From NCBI GenBank assembly GCA_049293015.1, contig JBATSB010000010.1, positions 2,117-66,116 on the forward strand: DNA of 64,000 bases, read 5' to 3'. Source of the stretch: Ignavibacteria bacterium (GTDB lineage: Bacteria > Bacteroidota > Ignavibacteria > Tepidaquicellales > Tepidaquicellaceae). Below are positions 9,398-16,433 of the stretch, piece by piece. The translations under genes and the position numbers were made by a program. The stretch's first letter is position 1; every line of letters starts with the position of its first letter. Under the pieces are notes generated by a model. It was given only the letters and a program-made list of their open reading frames with translations, made no database searches and was not told the origin of the DNA.

Positions 9398-9480
9398 GTT
9401 GTTGTTGGTCAAAAAGTTTAAGCGAGAAGAGTAGTAAATTCAAGTAGAGCATATTAACTTTTTGAAACTCCGACAATGGC
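9398..9480. repeat. Second, more degenerate long hairpin element of the CAAAAAGTTT-core family
   Basis: GTTGTTGTTGGTCAAAAAGTTT ... AACTTTTTGAAACTCCGACAATGGC. The right end TTTTGAAACNCCGACAANGGCT recurs at 13787-13808. Confidence 0.6.
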
Positions 9481-9552
9481 TCGAAATATATGAAGGGTCG
9501 AGTTAGATTCAAAGAGTTGTCATTGTGAGTGAGATTTTGAAGGATTGAAAAT

Positions 9553-11058
9553 TTATGCTGATTTTCTTATTGCAATTATTTTTTCCAACTTATTCATCAG
9601 CCACCTTTTGTAAAAGAATTCCTTATCATTGATTATTTTATCAAACAGGTTGGCTAAATCATAAAGATGATTGTTTTCGATTAGCAAAAATATTTGATTC
9701 AATCTTTTAAGGAATATTAACTTCATTTCTTTTTTCTCTTCTGATATAATCTTGTTCCTTCTAACATATAAATCATAACTTTTAATAATCTTTCCTGCTT
9801 CAAAATAATTACGATTCTCAAAATGTATTAATAGCTGGAGTTCGATGACATATTGCTTTAACTGATTATATGCAATTAAAGATTTGTTATAATGTGCCTG
9901 GAATTCATCCATTAATGATTGAGACTGCTTAATATTACCCTTAAAAAATTCCAGATAAGATTCAGAAAATATTTTCAGAATTTTTCGATATTCTTCTTTA
10001 AGACTAGAATTATACTTTTCAATAAAATCCGATGCCCATTCAATTTTTTCAATTTTTACTGAATGCATTAAAATACTTATATAAAGATCCGGAGAAAGAT
10101 ATTTATTTGTAGAGTTAATGTACAGCTTATTTCTCAGAATAAAATTATTGATCCTGAAAAGTTCATTATCAAAAAATAAAATATCATTATCCTTTTTTAA
10201 CTTTAGTATTATGAATGACATTTGTTTATGAAGATGATGAGATAGCTCATCATGTGTCATTTCTAATGAATGTCTTGAGAGTAATTTTAAATAATGTTGA
10301 AAGTTCTTTACCGATATTTTTACTTCTAAAAGATCGAGATATGAATTCAGCAAATATTTATATAACAACAAATAATCATCTTTTGAGCCTTTATCCGAAA
10401 AGGAATCAGCAAGAAAAAGAATAATATCATACACTGGTTTTCTCTTAATCTCAATATTATAATTTGAGTATAATGTGAAAAGATTTGTAAAATGAGTGAT
10501 CATTCGGAAATAGTAATTTGAAAATTCGATGTGCATTAATTTATTTATTTCCGTGTCAATCTTTTCCAATGATCTTTTGGTTTTTATTTTCTTACATGAA
10601 ATTAGGTAATTAATTTTTTGTATTTGAATTTCCGACTCATCATGCAGATATTCCGGATCAAATTTTTTATTACTCGCGGTATGATTATTTATGCAGCCAT
10701 AACTTAATTCATCCAATCCTCTTTCAGCAAGAGCTGAAATCAACATACAGCCATTGTTTCTTCTCTGAAAATATTTTAATTCAACAAACTTTTCCAATAG
10801 AAGATTTAAGTCCGATAAAATGCTTCGGATAGTATTATCGTTAAAAACTTTTTCTCCGTAGAGTGCAGAATAAATATTTTTCTTGGTAAAATCTTTGTCA
10901 TTAAAGTCCGGACAATACTTTACTATCTCCGTGAAAAGCTCTAAGAGTTTTTTATTTTGATTATGATAAGGCGAACATATAAACAAAGAAAATTCCTTCA
11001 GCTCTACTTTAGTTAGGGTTTGAATAATTTTTATTGTAGGATAATTTGTCAGTCTCAT
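9553..11058 (-). CDS. Hypothetical all-helical (repeat/TPR-like) protein
   Basis: 501 aa from the ATG at 11058; the ORF track begins 4 codons earlier at a TTG. It is K/N/I/L/E/F-rich, with no TM segment, P-loop or catalytic motif recognised. It is divergent from the secreted-protein cluster. Confidence 0.5.
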   Translation of the reverse strand: MRLTNYPTIKIIQTLTKVELKEFSLFICSPYHNQNKKLLELFTEIVKYCPDFNDKDFTKKNIYSALYGEKVFNDNTIRSILSDLNLLLEKFVELKYFQRRNNGCMLISALAERGLDELSYGCINNHTASNKKFDPEYLHDESEIQIQKINYLISCKKIKTKRSLEKIDTEINKLMHIEFSNYYFRMITHFTNLFTLYSNYNIEIKRKPVYDIILFLADSFSDKGSKDDYLLLYKYLLNSYLDLLEVKISVKNFQHYLKLLSRHSLEMTHDELSHHLHKQMSFIILKLKKDNDILFFDNELFRINNFILRNKLYINSTNKYLSPDLYISILMHSVKIEKIEWASDFIEKYNSSLKEEYRKILKIFSESYLEFFKGNIKQSQSLMDEFQAHYNKSLIAYNQLKQYVIELQLLIHFENRNYFEAGKIIKSYDLYVRRNKIISEEKKEMKLIFLKRLNQIFLLIENNHLYDLANLFDKIINDKEFFYKRWLMNKLEKIIAIRKSA

Positions 11059-11224
11059 ATCAAAATACAAATATTGTTTATAATATAGTTGAAATTAATA
11101 AAAAAATTTAATAAAAATAAACCAAATTATAATTACCTTCAAAATTTTTCATATCAGTTTTTCAATTCTGTAGTTTACAACTCTCATCCATTCTCATGAA
11201 ATTAGTAGTAAAAGAAAATCAGTT

Positions 11225-11419
11225 ATGAAAAAAATATTACTACTAACATTAATAATTCTGTTTACTTGCGTCCAAAACATTTCATCTGAAAATATTCTTT
11301 CACGGATAACTTATGACGAATGCACTTATGAAGAAATTATCTGCGATGAAAGCGGATGCACGAAATACATTTATTACTGTGACGGACGGCTTAAACAAGT
11401 AATCCCGGATTGGGATTAA
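11225..11419 (+). CDS. Small secreted Cys-rich protein (64 aa)
   Basis: A signal-like N-terminus MKKILLLTLIILFTCVQNISS is followed by 43 aa with four Cys (CTYEEIICDESGCTKYIYYC). No homologue recognised. Confidence 0.4.
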   Translation: MKKILLLTLIILFTCVQNISSENILSRITYDECTYEEIICDESGCTKYIYYCDGRLKQVIPDWD

Positions 11420-11456
11420 CCGGAAATATAGCTCCAAAAAAATTTAATATATCAAG

Positions 11457-11487
11457 AAAGGAGTAAATGATGATAAGACCACCGTAA
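11457..11487 (+). promoter_or_regulatory. Candidate leader-peptide uORF, copy 1: AAAGGAG + ATG ATG ATA AGA CCA CCG TAA (MMIRPP-stop)
   Basis: A strong SD-like AAGGAG lies 3-6 nt before tandem ATGs, and the ORF has 6 sense codons. The block is conserved at 13977-14006 with only synonymous differences. It lies 70 nt upstream of the CDS at 11558. Confidence 0.55.
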
Positions 11488-11557
11488 GAATTATTAAATA
11501 TTTTGATCAATTCAATTTTAATTAACAGTTTTAAACACTAATTTAAACTAAAAAAAA

Positions 11558-11932
11558 ATGTATAAAAAACTATTTATCCCGGCAATATTTATTATTGCAA
11601 TATTTTCTGCTCTTGTAATTAACAACAATATTTTTTCAAATACTCAATCTAATCCAGCTCCAACATTTCAAGTTACTGTTTACCAAACTGGTGGTTCTAC
11701 TATACAAGCCAATGCAGAAGTTATAGTTGAAAATTCTAATGGTAATACTGTCAAATCTGGGACCACTAATTCATCCGGAATAGTCAGTTGGAGTTGGGAT
11801 CAACCTTATGGAAATTATACTGTAAAGGCATGGTATCCAACTCGGCCACTTGATGGACAATCAGCCCAAAACACAGTAAATTACTCAGGATCAAGTATTT
11901 ATACTTCTGTTACATTAGGTCCAAATTATTAA
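11558..11932 (+). CDS. Small secreted single-domain beta-sandwich protein (CarboxypepD_reg/PEGA-like), C-terminus TLGPNY
   Basis: 124 aa with an N-terminal hydrophobic signal or anchor. The pattern ...[11 protein letters not shown]...[10 protein letters not shown] is typical of carboxypeptidase-regulatory-like folds. It is a paralogue of 14084..14452, sharing YPxxPLDGQSA and the terminal TLGPNY. Confidence 0.6.
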   Translation: MYKKLFIPAIFIIAIFSALVINNNIFSNTQSNPAPTFQVTVYQTGGSTIQANAEVIVENSNGNTVKSGTTNSSGIVSWSWDQPYGNYTVKAWYPTRPLDGQSAQNTVNYSGSSIYTSVTLGPNY

Positions 11933-11944
11933 ATTTCAAATCAG

Positions 11945-11970
11945 GCAGGGAATTTTTTATTCCCTGCTTT
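11945..11970 (+). terminator. Intercistronic hairpin / possible attenuator (GCAGGGAAT-TTTTT-ATTCCCTGC + TTT)
   Basis: A 9-bp perfect stem lies 13 nt after the stop of 11558..11932 and 13 nt before the ATG of 11983. The structural counterpart is at 14463-14492. Confidence 0.55.
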
Positions 11971-11982
11971 AAAATATTTCTC

Positions 11983-13701
11983 ATGAAAAAAAAAATCTTT
12001 TTATTAATATTTATTCAATTTGTACTTGCACAAATTACCTTTACTCAAACTCCTATGTATTATCAAAATTACCCATTAGAATTAGATGGTAACAGGGAAC
12101 CGTTTCGTAAAGCAGGCATTCCGCTTATAACAGATTTAGATAAAGATGGACAAAAAGAAATAATAACATTTGCTGTAGACTATTATGAATTAATTAATCC
12201 ACCTTGTATGCTTCATATAGTAAGAAGTGATGGCTCTTCTTATCCAAACTTTCCTAAAGGATATAATGAATTAATTTTAGATATTGCTTCCGGAGATGTT
12301 AATAATGATGGTTTTTTAGATATTGCTATAAGGTTTACTCATTCCTTTGATGTTATCGATAGATTCGGAAATCATCTTTCTGGATTTCCGGTAAATTATA
12401 GTGATGGTGATATTAATCCAACGAATTTTATAAGTTTATATGATTTAGATAATGACAATAAACTTGAAATTATTGTAAATAGGGCAGGAGATATTTCAGT
12501 CTATAATTTTGATGGTACTTTGCGAAGTGGTTGGCCAAGATTAATATCCGGAAGAGCTACCTATAATCCTGCTATTGGAGATATTGATAATGATGGTTTT
12601 GCAGAAATTGTTTTAAGCTCTTTCAAATTCACAAACAACATTGTTGATTCCGGAGCTGTGCATGTCTTTAGACATAATGGTTTAGAGTTTTCAAATAATT
12701 TTCCAATATATTTTGATTCTACATATTTCTCTTGGAGTTCCTCTCCATCACTTTTTATAAATAAAAATAATTCTGATTCAACGTTTTTCCTTGTTCCTTT
12801 GGATAAAAACAGTTCATCCTCAGATAGACTTCATAAGTTTCTAAAAATAGATATAAATGGAAAAATATTAGAAAAAAAATATTATGTTGAAACAATGGAT
12901 TTTGGTACTTTGGTTATGGGAGATTTAAATATTGATGGTAAATTAGACTTTTCAACCGGATCACAATTTGGAACTTCTTTATCTGCCTTCGACAACACTC
13001 TTAAAAGAATTGAAGGTTGGCCTTCTTCAGGAAATGGTGAACATTATGCAACTTCTGTCATAGCTAAAATTTCAAATTCCAGTTCAATGAATATTATAAG
13101 TAATTCATGGTCTGCAGAGTCAGTTAGTGGAAATGGTTATATTTATGCCTACACTAGCAATGGTGTTATTTTACCATGGTCTCCATTAAGACCTTATGGA
13201 TTGGTTAAGGGTATTTCAGTTTCAGATTTAAATAATGATGGTTCTGTAGAACTAATAGCAACAGCAACACAACAAAGAAAATTTTATCTTCACGTTTGGA
13301 CTATTCCTGGAATTCAGTTTGCAAATGAGAATTTCCCCTGGCCTCAATACGGTCACGACAGATATCGTACAAATCAATACGGCTTTATTCCTCCTGATGA
13401 ACCTGTTGGAATACTCCCAATAAGCAGCAATGTACCGGATAAGTTTTCCCTCTACCAAAACTTTCCAAATCCTTTTAATCCAACTACAAATATTAAATTT
13501 GATTTAATAAATTCCGGTAACGTAACATTAAAAATTTACGATGCATTAGGAAGGGAAATTTCTACTCTTGTAAATGAAAGACTAAACATCGGGACTTATC
13601 AGATAGTATTTGACGGAAGTAATTTTACTAGCGGGATTTATTTTTATAGTCTGGAGACAGAGAGTTTTAGAGAGACAAAGAAGTTTATTTTGTTGAAGTA
13701 A
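11983..13701 (+). CDS. FG-GAP/VCBS-repeat beta-propeller protein with T9SS C-terminal sorting domain
   Basis: 572 aa with a signal peptide. Repeated Dx[DN]xDGxxE/D[IL] calcium-loop-like motifs are present ([66 protein letters not shown]). The tail reads [17 protein letters not shown] then [17 protein letters not shown]...GIYFY...KKFILLK. Confidence 0.8.
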   Translation: MKKKIFLLIFIQFVLAQITFTQTPMYYQNYPLELDGNREPFRKAGIPLITDLDKDGQKEIITFAVDYYELINPPCMLHIVRSDGSSYPNFPKGYNELILDIASGDVNNDGFLDIAIRFTHSFDVIDRFGNHLSGFPVNYSDGDINPTNFISLYDLDNDNKLEIIVNRAGDISVYNFDGTLRSGWPRLISGRATYNPAIGDIDNDGFAEIVLSSFKFTNNIVDSGAVHVFRHNGLEFSNNFPIYFDSTYFSWSSSPSLFINKNNSDSTFFLVPLDKNSSSSDRLHKFLKIDINGKILEKKYYVETMDFGTLVMGDLNIDGKLDFSTGSQFGTSLSAFDNTLKRIEGWPSSGNGEHYATSVIAKISNSSSMNIISNSWSAESVSGNGYIYAYTSNGVILPWSPLRPYGLVKGISVSDLNNDGSVELIATATQQRKFYLHVWTIPGIQFANENFPWPQYGHDRYRTNQYGFIPPDEPVGILPISSNVPDKFSLYQNFPNPFNPTTNIKFDLINSGNVTLKIYDALGREISTLVNERLNIGTYQIVFDGSNFTSGIYFYSLETESFRETKKFILLK

Positions 13702-13749
13702 AGTCCTAAAGTTTAAATATTCAGTAAATTTTATAAATGTTTTTTTAAA

Positions 13750-13808
13750 GGCGTTGGTGGATAAAGCAACCAACGCCGACTGGAATTTTGAAACACCGAC
13801 AACGGCTA
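13750..13808. repeat. Hairpin GGCGTTGGT...ACCAACGCC plus TTTTGAAACACCGACAACGGCT end-motif (long-hairpin family relative)
   Basis: Read directly. The end-motif matches 9459-9480. Confidence 0.55.
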
Positions 13809-13976
13809 AATAAGCGACAGAAATTTTTAAAAATATAAGGAATTTAACGCAAATTCAAACATTATCGCATATTTCAATAATATTTTTATATCCGGATAAC
13901 CGTCAAATCAAAAAAAGTGTCCCTAACATGAATAAATAATTTCTCCTAAATTGTATTTAACTTAAAAATAAAACAT

Positions 13977-14006
13977 AAGGAGTAAATGATGATCAGACCA
14001 CCATAA
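13977..14006 (+). promoter_or_regulatory. Candidate leader-peptide uORF, copy 2: AAGGAG + ATG ATG ATC AGA CCA CCA TAA (MMIRPP-stop)
   Basis: Same block as 11457-11487. The differences ATA>ATC and CCG>CCA are both synonymous. It lies 77 nt upstream of the ATG at 14084. Confidence 0.55.
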
Positions 14007-14083
14007 GGAAATTGAAAAAAAGTAAACAAATAAGTATTTATTTATCAATTAAAAAATTAATTTCAGAAAGGAAAAAAATCTAT

Positions 14084-14452
14084 ATGAAAAAATTCAAAGT
14101 AATAGCAGCAATAGTGTTAATTGCAGTAGCAGGATTCTTTGCAACTCAGATAATTTCATCAGATGCAAATGCAGATCCGAATCCACTTCCCCACTTTAAT
14201 ATCAAAGTATTACAATATTCCACTTCATATCCTGTGGAAAATGCTCAGGTCAAGTATTTGACAGGAGGAAATAATGTTTATACAGGTACCACTGATGCAA
14301 ATGGATGGTGTTATACAACTTTGGCAACAGGAACATATAATGTATATGTATATTACCCTGCTCAACCATTGGATGGACAGTCAGCAAATTTGCTAAATTA
14401 TAATCATGATGGAAATGATGATGAAACTTTAACCTTAGGACCAAATTATTAA
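14084..14452 (+). CDS. Small secreted beta-sandwich protein, paralogue of 11558..11932, C-terminus TLGPNY
   Basis: 122 aa from the ATG at 14084 (MKKFKVIAAIVLIAVAGFFA signal or anchor). The ORF-track start at 14012 adds 24 K/I/S-rich residues upstream of the signal peptide and overlaps the leader, so I reject it. Confidence 0.6.
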   Translation: MKKFKVIAAIVLIAVAGFFATQIISSDANADPNPLPHFNIKVLQYSTSYPVENAQVKYLTGGNNVYTGTTDANGWCYTTLATGTYNVYVYYPAQPLDGQSANLLNYNHDGNDDETLTLGPNY

Positions 14453-14462
14453 TTTTAAAAAC

Positions 14463-14492
14463 AGGCAGGCATATATTTTATGTCTGCCTTTA
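14463..14492 (+). terminator. Intercistronic hairpin / possible attenuator (AGGCAGGCAT-loop-ATGTCTGCCT + TTT)
   Basis: A 10-bp stem whose only non-Watson-Crick position is a G-T, which would be a G-U wobble in plus-strand RNA. It occupies the same position as 11945-11970 and shares the 5' CAGGCAGG. Confidence 0.55.
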
Positions 14493-14505
14493 TTAATTCA
14501 ATTTT

Positions 14506-16278
14506 ATGAAAATTATATTTGTAAATATTTTTTTGTTTTGTATAATTCATTCCGGCATTTCCCAAACTCCTGTTTATAAAACCGGATTTCCGATTGTTAT
14601 TGATTCTAACAGAAGTCCTTATCAAAAAGCAGGATTGCCTTTAATTACAGATTTCGAAAAAGACGGTCAAAAAGAAATAATCTTTTTTACAATAGATTAT
14701 TTTGGAATAACAAATCCAAATTATCTGTATGTAACTAATAATGACGGATCTAATTATCCAAATTTTCCTAAAGGATATAATGAACTTATATTAGATGTCA
14801 ATTCAGGAGATGTTGACGGGGATGGATTTCTTGATATTGTTTTAAGATTTTCATTTTCATTTGATGTTATAGACAGATTTGGGAATCACCTACCTGGTTT
14901 TCCTGTGAATTATAGTGATGGAGAATTTACTCCATTAAGACCAATAAATATTTATGATCTGGATAATGATGGAAAGCTTGAAATTATAGTATCAAAAAAA
15001 GGAGAACTTTCAGTATTTAATTATAATGGAACATTAAGACAAGGCTGGCCAAGATACATACCGGGTTCTACAAAAACAAATGCAGCTATCGGCGATATTG
15101 ATAATGACGGTATTGCAGAAATTATAGCTGCTACTGTAAGAAAAATTCCCACCGGCGGATCAGATTCATCAGCTTTAAGGATTTTCAGAGAAAACGGAGA
15201 AAATTTTTCTAATGAATGGCCGGTATATTCAGATTCACTTTATGAAAATTCGGGAGCCTCCCCGACTCTGATAATTAATAGAAATTTTACGGATTCAACA
15301 TATATTTTAATGTCAACTAAAAGAACAAATATTGGCGGTATCAGTAATAACCGTCTTACAAAATTTAATATTTATGGTCAGATTATTGACAGAGGATATG
15401 CAAATGTCTTAAATGGATTAGGAACTATTGTAATTGGAGATTTGGACAGAGATGGGAAACCCGAATATTCAAATGGAGCACAAGGCGATCCATATCTATT
15501 ATTATATTCAAATGAATTAGTTAAACTTTCAGGCTGGCCAAATGAAGGAGTTGGAGAACATTGGGCTACACCTTTAATTGGAAAATTAACGCATTCCAAT
15601 AATTTGAATGTTACAGATAACAACTGGTCAGCCTTTGCACCTAACGGATTTGGAAATGTCTTTGCTTATAATAAAGACGGTTCACCTTTACCCTGGTCTC
15701 CATTAAGACCGGAGGGAATAGTAGAAGGTATTGCTTTATCAGATATTGATAATAATGGATCAGTTGAATTAATTGCAACTTCTTCTAAAGGATACGAAAC
15801 CTATATAGATAAAAATGGATCAGTTGGTTTAACAACAACTTCTTCAAAAAGAATCGCAACCTATCTTCATATTTGGTCATTGGATGGAATTCCTTTTTCA
15901 CATGAAAATTTCCCATGGTCCATGTATGGTCACGACCGCTACAGAACTAATCAATACGGATTCATACCACCCGACGAACCCGTCGGCATTCTCCCAATAA
16001 GCAACAATGTACCGGATAAGTTTTCCCTCTATCAAAACTTTCCAAATCCATTTAATCCAACTACAAATATTAAATTTGATTTGATAAATTCAGGTAATGT
16101 AAGTTTAAAAATTTACGATGCATTAGGAAGAGAAATTTCTACTCTTGTAAATGAAAGGCTAAATATCGGAACATATCAGATAGTATTTGACGGAAATAAT
16201 TTTACCAGCGGAATTTATTTTTATAGTATTGAGACAGAGAATTTCAGAGAGACGAAGAAGTTTATTTTGTTGAAGTGA
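14506..16278 (+). CDS. FG-GAP/VCBS-repeat beta-propeller protein with T9SS C-terminal sorting domain (paralogue of 11983..13701)
   Basis: 590 aa with the same repeat motifs and tail. The last ~290 nt are about 92% identical to the paralogue. It contains a 60-nt in-frame tandem duplication at 15754-15873. Confidence 0.8.
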   Translation: MKIIFVNIFLFCIIHSGISQTPVYKTGFPIVIDSNRSPYQKAGLPLITDFEKDGQKEIIFFTIDYFGITNPNYLYVTNNDGSNYPNFPKGYNELILDVNSGDVDGDGFLDIVLRFSFSFDVIDRFGNHLPGFPVNYSDGEFTPLRPINIYDLDNDGKLEIIVSKKGELSVFNYNGTLRQGWPRYIPGSTKTNAAIGDIDNDGIAEIIAATVRKIPTGGSDSSALRIFRENGENFSNEWPVYSDSLYENSGASPTLIINRNFTDSTYILMSTKRTNIGGISNNRLTKFNIYGQIIDRGYANVLNGLGTIVIGDLDRDGKPEYSNGAQGDPYLLLYSNELVKLSGWPNEGVGEHWATPLIGKLTHSNNLNVTDNNWSAFAPNGFGNVFAYNKDGSPLPWSPLRPEGIVEGIALSDIDNNGSVELIATSSKGYETYIDKNGSVGLTTTSSKRIATYLHIWSLDGIPFSHENFPWSMYGHDRYRTNQYGFIPPDEPVGILPISNNVPDKFSLYQNFPNPFNPTTNIKFDLINSGNVSLKIYDALGREISTLVNERLNIGTYQIVFDGNNFTSGIYFYSIETENFRETKKFILLK

Positions 16279-16390
16279 TTTAATGAAGTTTGAATAGTTA
16301 GTAAAGTTTATTAAAGATTCATTAAGGTGATCAAGGAAATTACCACTGAAAATTTTTTGACCCTCATTAACAGATCAAATATTAGATTCT

Positions 16391-16425
16391 AAAAAAGCCG
16401 GACAATTACATTCTCCGGCTTTTTT
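16391..16425. terminator. Bidirectional terminator between convergent genes
   Basis: AAAAAAGCCGGACAATTACATTCTCCGGCTTTTTT has the stem AGCCGGA/TCCGGCT flanked by an A-tract and a T-tract. It lies between the stops at 16278 (+) and 16434 (-). Confidence 0.7.
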
Positions 16426-16433
16426 AAGTCAAA

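Noticed and set aside
14012-14083. Upstream extension of the small secreted protein (ORF-track start at 14012).
   Set aside because: It adds 24 Lys/Ile/Ser-rich residues ahead of an obvious signal peptide that begins at the ATG at 14084. The paralogue at 11558 has no such extension, and the extension would begin 6 nt after the uORF stop.
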